Origin: Ignavibacteria bacterium
GTDB lineage: Bacteria; Bacteroidota; Ignavibacteria; Kapaibacteriales; Kapaibacteriaceae
DNA: 64,000 nt
Assembly (NCBI GenBank): GCA_046300675.1
Contig: JBKCLO010000032.1
Span: 26,773 to 90,772, forward strand
Reading direction: 5' to 3'
Part shown: piece after piece, positions 9,515 to 18,644 of the stretch
Layout of the letters: the number at the start of each line of letters is the position of its first letter
Position numbering within the stretch: the first letter of the stretch is position 1
Program-made: the position numbers and the translations under genes
The notes under the pieces: generated by a model
What the model saw: only the letters and a program-made list of their open reading frames with translations
Databases searched by the model: none
Told to the model about the DNA's origin: nothing

Positions 9515-10288
9515 CTAGATTCGTATCTGAATCATGAACGAGAAGTTCAGATGTGTAAGAACGCCCTCGCCTGCTTCGTTCAATGACCGAGCCGTCAGAA
9601 GTTCGCCTCTTCCGCCCTGAGCGCTCGTTCGCGTATCACGACCTAACAGATTCATAACGCCGTAACCAACGCTTGTATTGAGAAACACCGGATAATAGAT
9701 CTCGCCTTCAATACCAAGACGAGCCATTGCACCAACTCGAATTGCCGATGCTTTGTTTGATACAGTTGTGTTCGAGGTGATGACCTCGCCATTTATGATG
9801 TTCGTTGCCTGTGTGTTCACCGTGTTTGCGTTTACAAACAGAACCCGTGCTTCGCCCCCTACATAGGCCCTTGCAAATGCCAGAGGAAACTCTACAAAGG
9901 ACCACTCAAACCCTGTAAATGTCGATACGAGTGTGTTCTTGTGTTCTACAAGAAACTGGTAGTTCGAACCTGCGATACTTTGCGCACCATTGTAGTAGAA
10001 AACATCTACCCCAACAGGGATACGGAAGGTTTTCTGTTTGTCAAGGTCTACATAACCACGAAGTCCCCAGCCCGGCTGAGAACCATCGTAGGCACCGCCA
10101 AATGGACGCGTACTGGTTGTATCGCTGTTAGAGCCCGTAAGTGGATAGACCGACGGATTGTCGTTTGTTATCCAGTCTGTAGATAGCCCACCTGCTATGC
10201 GAAAACGCACCTGGGATGTAAGCAGTGTTGTTGAGCAGAACAAGACAACAACAATGGCAGAGACTTGTGTTATACGCTTGATGTTCAT
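9515..10288 (-). CDS. Putative outer-membrane beta-barrel protein
   Basis: Signal peptide ending LLTS followed by Q. Alternating hydrophobic beta-strand pattern throughout, rich in Gly, Asn and Tyr. Confidence 0.62.
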   Translation of the reverse strand: MNIKRITQVSAIVVVLFCSTTLLTSQVRFRIAGGLSTDWITNDNPSVYPLTGSNSDTTSTRPFGGAYDGSQPGWGLRGYVDLDKQKTFRIPVGVDVFYYNGAQSIAGSNYQFLVEHKNTLVSTFTGFEWSFVEFPLAFARAYVGGEARVLFVNANTVNTQATNIINGEVITSNTTVSNKASAIRVGAMARLGIEGEIYYPVFLNTSVGYGVMNLLGRDTRTSAQGGRGELLTARSLNEAGEGVLTHLNFSFMIQIRI

Positions 10289-10325
10289 AGGTAACGTATG
10301 TAAGAAGTCGAAATGGGTCCAGTAG

Positions 10326-11375
10326 TTACGTCAGACGTTCACGGATGCTGAATCGTTGTTGACTTAGATTGTTCTTGACGATCAGTTCACCAACGAGTCC
10401 GATGGAAATGAGCTGCACGCCAACGATGATCATCGCTATGCCAAACAGCAATAGAAACGGACGTTGACTGAATGGAGTTTGAAGCGCCCACTTTTCAATG
10501 ACCAAGTAGAGATCTGTTCCAAAACCAAGAACGGCGAACAACGATCCAACTGCCCCGAAGAAGTGAAGCGGCCGCTTGATGTACCGTGTCGTAAACATCA
10601 CCGTGAGCAGGTCAAGGTAACCCTTTAAAAACCGGCTCATGCCAAACTTGGAAACTCCAAACTGTCTGGCCTTGTGCTGCACAGGAAGCTCTGTTACGCG
10701 AAAACCTTCCCAGTGCGCAAGCGCAGGAATGTATCTGTGCATTTCACCGTAGACCTGCACGTTCTTGACGACTTCATTGCGGTAGGCTTTGAGTCCACAA
10801 TTAAAATCGTGTAGCTTCAAACCACTCATCTTTGATGTGACTGCATTGAACAGTTTCGATGGGAATGTCTTATGCCACGGATCATAGCGTTTACGCTTCC
10901 AACCAGAAACCAAATCGTACCCTTCTTCCAGCTTGGCGATAAGGGCAGGTATCTCATTGGGATCATCCTGAAGGTCTGCATCCATGGTGATTACGAAATC
11001 ACCCGTGGCCTCGGCGAATCCAACGGCAAGTGCGGCGGATTTTCCGTGATTGGTACGGAACCGAATTGCTTTGAATTTTCTGTTGCGGCTGTTAATGTCC
11101 TTGATCACATTGTACGATCCATCCGTAGAACCGTCGTCGATGAAGATCACCTCGTAACGTCCGCGGGTTATACGATCAAGTACCGTCTCCAGCTGACGTG
11201 ATAGCTCTTGGAGTGACTCTTCTTCGTTGAGTAATGGGATAACGACCGAAACCGAGCCGGAAACGTTTCTGGATTGTTCGGTACGCTCTTGTCTCTGCCC
11301 TGATGGACGCCAATGTGGAGGCCGTCTGCGTTGGGCATTTTGTGATCTTGGCCGTGGTTCTCGTTCTTCACTCAT
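10326..11375 (-). CDS. Polyprenol-phosphate glycosyltransferase, family 2 (GtrB/ArnC/DPM1-like)
   Basis: VSVVIPLLNEEESL...YEVIFIDDGSTDGS and TMDADLQDDP. Two C-terminal TM helices typical of GtrB-like enzymes. It has an unusual ~40-aa basic N-terminal extension. Confidence 0.9.
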   Translation of the reverse strand: MSEEREPRPRSQNAQRRRPPHWRPSGQRQERTEQSRNVSGSVSVVIPLLNEEESLQELSRQLETVLDRITRGRYEVIFIDDGSTDGSYNVIKDINSRNRKFKAIRFRTNHGKSAALAVGFAEATGDFVITMDADLQDDPNEIPALIAKLEEGYDLVSGWKRKRYDPWHKTFPSKLFNAVTSKMSGLKLHDFNCGLKAYRNEVVKNVQVYGEMHRYIPALAHWEGFRVTELPVQHKARQFGVSKFGMSRFLKGYLDLLTVMFTTRYIKRPLHFFGAVGSLFAVLGFGTDLYLVIEKWALQTPFSQRPFLLLFGIAMIIVGVQLISIGLVGELIVKNNLSQQRFSIRERLT

Positions 11376-11396
11376 ACGTTTTCTGTTTATCGCCCC

Positions 11397-12164
11397 TTAT
11401 TGGCGAATGAATTTTCGCAAGTAGACGATGCCATTGCTATCGTATACTCGCAAAAGGTACATCCCAGGCGCCAACTGTGTCGTGGAGACAACTTGCTGCT
11501 CCTGACTGATCTGTCCACTTGAAATTACGGCACCAGAAACATCTATAACGTTAAACATTGCGCCTTGGGAGGCACCGGATACGAAGATCTTATCAGTACA
11601 CGGAACTGGATAAACGCTTATGCCAGAAACCTCTTCGTTAACATTCAGAGATGTAGCGTTGTACCAGACAAGTACCTTGAGCTTTGTGATAGCGGTGTTG
11701 ATCGTCTCGTACGACTTTCCAGGTTCTAACTTTACCTTGATGAAGTTGTTCGGAAAGTCAGACACCACATCGACAATGTAAGCAGAGTCGATAAGTGCCG
11801 GTATCGGACCCCATGTTACGTTGATCTTGCCCGCATTCCACGTCATACCGATGGTGTATTCTACCAAATGCTGCTTGCCCACCTCAAGTGGCCTGATGTC
11901 GATTGGACTCAGCCACATATAGTCCTTGCTCGGTGGAATTGAATACACAATGAACACACCAGCTGGGGGTGGCAGCGATGGTATCTCACGTTCGCCTAGT
12001 GCCGTATCAAGATCAACGGTTGCCTTGGGATTGGCAGCCACTGTTATGACGTACGACTTTGTCTGATCATTAACTGTGTTCGTAACGGCAATAGGTATCT
12101 CGACCTGTTGAGCAACAGTTGCTTGCACGAACAACAAGAAGATAGCGGATATCATTGTGTACAT
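11397..12164 (-). CDS. Secreted protein with a T9SS C-terminal sorting domain (255 aa)
   Basis: Signal peptide ...VQATVA followed by QQ. C-terminus VYPVPCTDKIFV...PGMYLLRVYDSNGIVYLRKFIRQ fits the type-A T9SS CTD pattern. AGGA sits 9 nt upstream of the ATG. Confidence 0.8.
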   Translation of the reverse strand: MYTMISAIFLLFVQATVAQQVEIPIAVTNTVNDQTKSYVITVAANPKATVDLDTALGEREIPSLPPPAGVFIVYSIPPSKDYMWLSPIDIRPLEVGKQHLVEYTIGMTWNAGKINVTWGPIPALIDSAYIVDVVSDFPNNFIKVKLEPGKSYETINTAITKLKVLVWYNATSLNVNEEVSGISVYPVPCTDKIFVSGASQGAMFNVIDVSGAVISSGQISQEQQVVSTTQLAPGMYLLRVYDSNGIVYLRKFIRQ

Positions 12165-12183
12165 TCGGTGTATCCTTTCGGGA

Positions 12184-12226
12184 ACAAAAAAGGGCAGCAG
12201 TAACCTGCTGCCCTTCTTGTTTTTTC
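12184..12226 (-). terminator. Rho-independent terminator after the 1033-aa gene
   Basis: Perfect 9-bp GC-rich stem GGGCAGCAG (12192-12200) / CTGCTGCCC (12205-12213) with a 4-nt loop. On the minus strand it is followed by TTTTTTG. A T-run is also present on the plus side. Confidence 0.85.
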
Positions 12227-12237
12227 GACGTTAGAAC

Positions 12238-15200
12238 TTAACGAACAACAGTTACTGCGCTTGTTGCTGTAGCACCGTTGACCGTAGCCTTGATGATGTA
12301 ACGTCCTGCTGCAAGGTCGGCAGCGTTTAGGTCGAGACCATATACGCCTGCTGTCTTTACTTCATTTACGAGAGTTGAAACAAGTGTTCCAACTGCATCA
12401 TAAAGGCCTACTGTTACAAGACCGTTAGCTGGTACAGTTACATTTACAACACCATTCGAAGAAACTGGGTTAGGAGTTGCCGATACGTTGAGAGTCTCAA
12501 CATTAGCTTCTTGACCCATAAGACGAATGTACGGTGTGCGTGCATCTGTGATCGTTACTGTGTTCTTGCGACCTGCAACCGCAGTTCCGAGAACAACACC
12601 TGAGATCGGGTTAACGATCGTGTAGTTCTGGCTTGGGTTGTTGATCACAACTGTTACTGGGAACGTAACACCCTGAATCTGTACTGTTGGGTTTGCTTCA
12701 TCTTCAACACTTGTTTGTGTTGTGAAGCGAACGTCGAACAGGTTGTTTGGAGGTGTTGGTGGCAGCTCAAACATCATTTTGTTGTCTACAAGCCCCTTAG
12801 AAGCAACAAATACTGTTCCTTCGTTGTGGTTTGCATCGCTGATCGTTACGCGTGTTGAATTTGCTTCAACGTTCTCACGTACGATTGAGCTGTTGATGCT
12901 TCCCTTACCTGACTTCAGGTTAAGATAAGCTGCGCCCTTTACCTTCATCCAGTAACCAAGACCTGGCTCGATTTCTGTAACAGCCTGATAACCACGGTTT
13001 GTTACATATCCGTAGATGTCGCCAACGATCTCTGGGAATGTGCCTGAGTTACCAAACACTGTTACGCCGACGTTCTGTGTTGATGTTGGATACGAAAGTG
13101 ATCCGACCGTGTTCCAGCCATCATACAGGCGTGTTGGGAATGTGTTCTCGTTGATTGCACGGATACGTGAACCTGCGATAGTCTTATCAACATCATCAGA
13201 GTACTTAACGAAGTAGCCTACACCAGGTGCGAGGTTTGTTTCGTTGTTCTGATACAAGTTCTGAGCGAAACGGATAGGAATGTTTAGGGCATTCTTGAAC
13301 ACATCGCGCCAGTAGCTTGATGATGGGTTAACTGGTACTGAAAGCAGGTTCCAGCCCTTGTTGATGACAGGGAAACGAGCAACCTTTGGAAGCGTGTACT
13401 CGATAACGAATGCCTTGATGTCAGCGTCACGAATTGTATATGACTGACGTGTACCACCAAGTACTGTACCTGCACGCATGTTAACGTTGAAACGTGAACC
13501 GTTCAGCGTATCACGGATGAAAAGCTCAGATCCAGGTGAAAACTCGTCTGTATCCCATGCTACAACGATCGGGTAGTTAAGGTCTCCACCGGCATCGAAA
13601 CGACATGTGTAAGCAAGAGTTGTATCGCTGTAGATCGAACGGATATCGCGTGATGTTGACTTGGCACGCTGCGGAGTAGCTGCCCAGAGATCACCGAGAC
13701 CGTTTTGGTAGATGTATGATCCGTCAGGATTCTTTGGATAGAAACGTGCACCAAAAGAGCCGAGTGCGTTAGTGTAAATCGTTTCGCCAAAGAGTGTGTC
13801 GCATGCGTCCGTGGCACGATTACCTACACCAAAGGTGATGTATGTTACATCGTTCGGAACGTTTGAGTTACGCACTTGGAGGCTGATACCACGACCAAGG
13901 AACTCTTGGCCACGCTTCCAGTTGTCATTCTCATCAAATACGTTCGGCTCATAAGGTGAGCGGAAGTAAATGAACGTTACCTTGAGGCGAACGTTTGAAA
14001 CTTCAAGAGAGCTAGACTTAAATGTCAGGTAACCAACATATGTGCCGCATACTTCCTGCTCGTCGCCGTTTGGCAATTCGTTAGGATCGCAGATGATACG
14101 CATGTTAAGGTCACGCTGACCAATCGTTGGGTTTCCAAGTGGATCGCCAATTGCACCAAGGATAGCCTTGTCCATGTACTGAACATAACCTTCACGAACC
14201 GGGTTCGGGAATGGATTCAATTCAGTCTGACCGCCACCGCCCTTGAGGAACGACTTAAACTTGAGCCACTTTGAATCTGACTGAACCATGATGTCGTAAG
14301 CACGTGTACCTGCGTTGGCGTTGATAACATCAACGTCACGTGTACCGATACCGCCTGCTTGATCTTCGTATGGTGTCTGGTAATCAACAGTGATCGGGTC
14401 TACAACGTACCAGCGTGCACCGTTTGACTGGTCTACCGAGTCAACAAGGCGGAAAGCTGGGTTAGCAACGTTTGTGAATGACAAACGTGGAGTAGCATCA
14501 GTTACTTCAACCCAGATCATACCTGGCTTTGAAGGACGCAATGGATCACGAATCTGCTCAAGACCGTTGTTGTCGAGGTAGTAGTTATCAACTCCACCAA
14601 GACCAGCATAGTCACCAGGAGCTACGTCGCCAGGAAACACGATTTCCTTACCAACTTGGAAGTCGTTGTAGTACAGCGTGTCGTTCGTGAGAATAAGTGG
14701 AGTACGTGCACTTACTGGATCAATCTGCGGGTTAGCCACAACGTTGAAACGGAGATACACGAGCTCTACGTACGGACGCTGATCGCAAGGCTGTGTTACG
14801 TCACCTGTCTGAGGTAGTGCCTTAGACGAAGTACCTGTAACCATCACGCGCTTGCCGCGTAGACGGTTCTGCGTAGGAGCATTGATAACACTCTGGAATG
14901 TTACATCACGTGCAACACTAGAAGTGAAGTTGAAGTCCTTTGCAAGGCAGCTTACTGGTGTCATTTGTGGACCACGCAGTGGGCCATTCTTTTCTACGCC
15001 GATAAATTCAAGGGCCGAGCTATCAAACTGGACCTTGAACTTGAAGCTGTAGATAGGAAATGCCTCATACTGCGACGTGGTGCGCCAGCAGTTCTTGATG
15101 AAAACTGGCACAAGGAGAGTACGGTTTCCATTCGGACCACGACTCGATGACCAAATACGGCCATCAGGATAAACTTCCTTCTTCCAACTTGCACCATCTC

Positions 15201-15339
15201 CCGTTAGAGAGAGGGTCGGCAGCTCAGGCTTGTTCGTTTGTGCAGATAGCACAGTCGAACCGATGCCGATTAATGCTGCAAGGAGGAGAACAGTACCAAT
15301 TGCGGTACCGCCGCCCCATAGAGCATAACGACGATTCAT
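12238..15339 (-). CDS. Large secreted T9SS cargo protein (1033 aa) with an N-terminal cohesin-like module
   Basis: Signal peptide ...STVLSA followed by Q. C-terminus ATPNPVSSNGVVNV...AGRYIIKATVNGATATSAVTVVR is a T9SS CTD. I chose the ATG at 15339 (MNRRYALW) because GGAG lies 6 nt upstream. The track start at 15378 has no SD. Confidence 0.85.
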   Translation of the reverse strand: MNRRYALWGGGTAIGTVLLLAALIGIGSTVLSAQTNKPELPTLSLTGDGASWKKEVYPDGRIWSSSRGPNGNRTLLVPVFIKNCWRTTSQYEAFPIYSFKFKVQFDSSALEFIGVEKNGPLRGPQMTPVSCLAKDFNFTSSVARDVTFQSVINAPTQNRLRGKRVMVTGTSSKALPQTGDVTQPCDQRPYVELVYLRFNVVANPQIDPVSARTPLILTNDTLYYNDFQVGKEIVFPGDVAPGDYAGLGGVDNYYLDNNGLEQIRDPLRPSKPGMIWVEVTDATPRLSFTNVANPAFRLVDSVDQSNGARWYVVDPITVDYQTPYEDQAGGIGTRDVDVINANAGTRAYDIMVQSDSKWLKFKSFLKGGGGQTELNPFPNPVREGYVQYMDKAILGAIGDPLGNPTIGQRDLNMRIICDPNELPNGDEQEVCGTYVGYLTFKSSSLEVSNVRLKVTFIYFRSPYEPNVFDENDNWKRGQEFLGRGISLQVRNSNVPNDVTYITFGVGNRATDACDTLFGETIYTNALGSFGARFYPKNPDGSYIYQNGLGDLWAATPQRAKSTSRDIRSIYSDTTLAYTCRFDAGGDLNYPIVVAWDTDEFSPGSELFIRDTLNGSRFNVNMRAGTVLGGTRQSYTIRDADIKAFVIEYTLPKVARFPVINKGWNLLSVPVNPSSSYWRDVFKNALNIPIRFAQNLYQNNETNLAPGVGYFVKYSDDVDKTIAGSRIRAINENTFPTRLYDGWNTVGSLSYPTSTQNVGVTVFGNSGTFPEIVGDIYGYVTNRGYQAVTEIEPGLGYWMKVKGAAYLNLKSGKGSINSSIVRENVEANSTRVTISDANHNEGTVFVASKGLVDNKMMFELPPTPPNNLFDVRFTTQTSVEDEANPTVQIQGVTFPVTVVINNPSQNYTIVNPISGVVLGTAVAGRKNTVTITDARTPYIRLMGQEANVETLNVSATPNPVSSNGVVNVTVPANGLVTVGLYDAVGTLVSTLVNEVKTAGVYGLDLNAADLAAGRYIIKATVNGATATSAVTVVR

Positions 15340-15374
15340 AATACACTCCTCAGATGAGTTGATCAGATGTTTGT

Positions 15375-16505
15375 TCATTTCAATATCAGTTTTCCGTGTT
15401 GATGTTCTCCGCAGGTTGTACGAACGACGTATCCACCCTTGGCTAGACTTGATAATGACAGTGTGTTGTTTGCCCCAGTTATAGTAGTCTTCATGACTAA
15501 CACACCCTGTAGGGTAAACATCTGCACCGTCTTCATCTCCTCATGGTCACATTGAATCACGAGCACATCGTTGTGAACGTAAAGATTTTCAATGTGTTCA
15601 TCAGAAGATGTAACACTTACAGTAGGATCGATCTTGATTTGTACCGTATCTCTCAATGTTGGTTTCTCGCAAGCACAATCACGTAAGACTTCACTTGCAA
15701 TGGTAATTATTGCTGTTGACGGCCTTGTTTGTTCAGAAACGTCATACCGTACTTGAAAGTCCGGTGATGGATCTACTACAGTTGCATCTATTTCTATTCC
15801 GTCCTTCACCTGCTTTTCGGAAACATTGACAAGTCCTTTCATCGGCTTATCAGATGCGATACGTAATTGAGGTGCAGTCGATTTAACATGGAATCTGTAC
15901 CGGGTACTATCGCCTTGAAGAAGAGAGCCCTTCAGCAACAGGTTAACTGCGTTGCTTGTTCCATCGATGACTACTGAATCGTCATCTGATTGAATGCCCG
16001 CATTTTTATTACTTTTTGCGGTAGCTATAGCTTTCACAGTATCACGCCGAACTACTGTTATCTTCTTTTTGAACTCTGCGTTAAACGTTGAAGGCCAAGG
16101 ATAACCGAGAGTATCAAACTGACTGCAGCTTCCAAGGAATTCTCCGGCTACCGCTACAAGCGGTAGATCACCATATACGGTCTTGATGATGTTACCGCCG
16201 GCTATCCTCATTTCGTTTGGAACTACTGTATTAAGAAATGGCTCGTAAGCCATTCCGGATGACAGCGTTCCTTCTTTGAGAACGTCCGTTGGTCGAAGCA
16301 GTGTTCGATCATATCCTATTGTAATGTCAAAGGACACCAGGCTGTCGCTTGGTAGAACTTTACCAAGGTTCACGGCTAGCAACCAACGCCGTTCGTTCGA
16401 ACACACATCTACGGTTCTGTATGATTCAAACCGTATTGTGTCTTGTGCTGAGAGTGTGCTGGCCGCCGTTATGACGGCCAGCACCCCTATCAGCATAATT
16501 TTCAT
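15375..16505 (-). CDS. Secreted T9SS cargo protein (376 aa) with a cohesin-like N-terminal module
   Basis: Signal peptide MKIMLIGVLAVITAASTLSA followed by Q. LVSFDITIGYDRTLLRPTDVLKEGTL is a cohesin-like signature. C-terminus ...LAKGGYVVRTTCGEHQHGKLILK is CTD-like. I chose the ATG at 16505; the track start at 16517 is a TTG. Confidence 0.78.
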   Translation of the reverse strand: MKIMLIGVLAVITAASTLSAQDTIRFESYRTVDVCSNERRWLLAVNLGKVLPSDSLVSFDITIGYDRTLLRPTDVLKEGTLSSGMAYEPFLNTVVPNEMRIAGGNIIKTVYGDLPLVAVAGEFLGSCSQFDTLGYPWPSTFNAEFKKKITVVRRDTVKAIATAKSNKNAGIQSDDDSVVIDGTSNAVNLLLKGSLLQGDSTRYRFHVKSTAPQLRIASDKPMKGLVNVSEKQVKDGIEIDATVVDPSPDFQVRYDVSEQTRPSTAIITIASEVLRDCACEKPTLRDTVQIKIDPTVSVTSSDEHIENLYVHNDVLVIQCDHEEMKTVQMFTLQGVLVMKTTITGANNTLSLSSLAKGGYVVRTTCGEHQHGKLILK

Positions 16506-16525
16506 TTTGTCGAGCAATCAGACGA

Positions 16526-18568
16526 TTAACGTACGACAGTAAACATCTGTGTTGCATTCACGCCAGCGCCTTCGATGCGTACCATGTACGAACCAGCAGC
16601 AACTGCGTTGCCATTGCTATCGTTACCGTCCCAGCTAGCACTGAATGTGCCGGCTGTTACATTATCGTTAGCGATCTCAGCAACAAGCTTTCCAAATGAG
16701 TCAAAAACGCGTGCATTTACTGTTCCTGCCTGAGCAACGTTAACAGCAACTGACATCGAGCCTGCAACTGGATTTGGATAAATCGATACGACGTTGTTTT
16801 CCGTCTCTACCATATTGAGCTTGTGACCTACAACTGCAACATCATTGAAACGAACGTCGGTAATATTTGCGACGCCTGTTTCCTTAATCGTTACATATGC
16901 TACTGGCTGACCAGCTTCGAATGTACCGTTACCAGCGATGGCAGCTACATCTGATGTCGCGTCTACAACAACGTTCGTATTGCCAGCCTTAACGATATCT
17001 ACGATTTCTGCATCAGATGAGAAACGAACACCAATCGCACCCTTGTGTGCACCATTTAGGTAAACTGGAACACGAACTAGGCCCGATCCAACCGATGTAG
17101 GAGTGCCAAACTTGATGTTTGATGCTTCAGCTACTTCGACGACCTTACCAAAATCTGGTCCGAGTGTGTCGTTGTCATAGATCCATGGCAGATATGGCAG
17201 TCGACCAGAAATATAGCGCATGATCAAACCTGCGTCATACTCGTTGCACTCGTAATAGATCTGATTCAGAGAGCTTACATCTGGAGCCTTTCCATCAACA
17301 CCATACAGACCATCGCCTTCATACATCACGCGAACAACTTGCTTTCCTGTAGTTGGACCAACGCCTTGACCAGGGAAGAATTGCTCAACATCGATTGTAC
17401 GACGCCAGATTTGGATGTTCCCACCTACCAGTGAATCACCCGAGAAATCTCTCTTCAGCTTTGTGAAGTAATAACGGCCGCTGTGGTTTACATCGCCGAG
17501 ATACGCCTGACGCTTCCATACAGAATCTAGCGGCACACGTGTAACAATAGAGCGCATGATAACACGGGCATCATTAACAGTTACACGACGGTTTTGCGGA
17601 AGACCACCATGGCGCTCGTTTTCAGCACCAGAAGTATCTGCGTCGCCATAACCCCAGTCGCTGAATGTCAAATAGATGATCGACTCAAAACGGATGCGCG
17701 CATCTGAACGACCGCCTGATGGCTGCCATACTGACGTTGAATCCGTGCGAGTGTTTGATCCTGTATTTGGCTGCCAGATCAAACCATTCCAGAAGTCAGC
17801 TAGGAAACCAGGGAATCCACCATCACCCTTGATACCGACAGTGGCACCACGTGTAACAACTGTTGTGTTGTTCGTGTATGGATTTCCTCCTACTTGACCG
17901 TAAGCAAACTCAACTTCACCTTGGTTGTTGTTTGCTTGACCGCCGAGGTATAAACGAGCCTGGAAGTTTCCAACGCTTGAATTGATATTCTGAGCGTTGA
18001 TGTTCAGGTTCTTCCACTGCACAACTACGCAGCGACGAACTGGTTTGATCGTGTCGCAATTTTCGTCACGGTCAACATCAACAACCCAAGAAATTTGAGA
18101 TGGCATGTAACCCTGAGCGATATCGCCAGCTACACGGTAACGGTGATCGCCCCAGTATGGAGACACAACGTTATCCGGGTAAGATGATGAATTGATGAAC
18201 AATCCGATAGACTGCTTGGCTGGGACAAGCTTTGTGTTGTCAAAGGTCAAGAAACCGTTGACACTTACGTAAACGCCTGTGTACAGACGTCCATTGTAAT
18301 TATAAGTCTCCCCGTTAGGAAACTGGATGTATGCATAACCATCATCAAGATCGTTAACATACGTTGGAGGCAGAGCGAACTGCGACGGCGGGATGACTGT
18401 CTTGTTCAAACTTGATACAGGGCAGGCATCGATATCCCGATATGGGAGACCGACTACGAGCTTTGGCTGGCGGAACTGGTTAAAGATCTGCTGTGCCACG
18501 CCCTCTACTGCACCGATCGCGAATGAACAGAGTACAATCGCCGTGGCAATCAATACCTGTTTCTTCAT
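16526..18568 (-). CDS. Secreted T9SS cargo protein (681 aa) with a NIDO-like region, dockerin-like segments and a cohesin-like module
   Basis: The ATG at 18568 (MKKQVLIATAIVL...) has GGAG 5 nt upstream. The signal peptide ends EGVA followed by QQ. C-terminus YPNPVAGSMSV...AGSYMVRIEGAGVNATQMFTVVR is a T9SS CTD. The track's longer ORF would run through the upstream terminator. Confidence 0.85.
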   Translation of the reverse strand: MKKQVLIATAIVLCSFAIGAVEGVAQQIFNQFRQPKLVVGLPYRDIDACPVSSLNKTVIPPSQFALPPTYVNDLDDGYAYIQFPNGETYNYNGRLYTGVYVSVNGFLTFDNTKLVPAKQSIGLFINSSSYPDNVVSPYWGDHRYRVAGDIAQGYMPSQISWVVDVDRDENCDTIKPVRRCVVVQWKNLNINAQNINSSVGNFQARLYLGGQANNNQGEVEFAYGQVGGNPYTNNTTVVTRGATVGIKGDGGFPGFLADFWNGLIWQPNTGSNTRTDSTSVWQPSGGRSDARIRFESIIYLTFSDWGYGDADTSGAENERHGGLPQNRRVTVNDARVIMRSIVTRVPLDSVWKRQAYLGDVNHSGRYYFTKLKRDFSGDSLVGGNIQIWRRTIDVEQFFPGQGVGPTTGKQVVRVMYEGDGLYGVDGKAPDVSSLNQIYYECNEYDAGLIMRYISGRLPYLPWIYDNDTLGPDFGKVVEVAEASNIKFGTPTSVGSGLVRVPVYLNGAHKGAIGVRFSSDAEIVDIVKAGNTNVVVDATSDVAAIAGNGTFEAGQPVAYVTIKETGVANITDVRFNDVAVVGHKLNMVETENNVVSIYPNPVAGSMSVAVNVAQAGTVNARVFDSFGKLVAEIANDNVTAGTFSASWDGNDSNGNAVAAGSYMVRIEGAGVNATQMFTVVR

Positions 18569-18610
18569 AAATACTCCAAAGTTTTTCAGTGTTTTAATCG
18601 GTTTAAAGAA

Positions 18611-18632
18611 GGGCCGGTCCGAAAACCGGCCC
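18611..18632 (-). terminator. Probable intrinsic terminator after the giant gene
   Basis: 8-bp stem GGGCCGGT / ACCGGCCC with a 6-nt loop, 13 nt downstream of the giant gene's stop. On the minus strand it is followed by the T-rich TTCTTTAAAC. Confidence 0.55.
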
Positions 18633-18644
18633 TGTAGATAAGCG

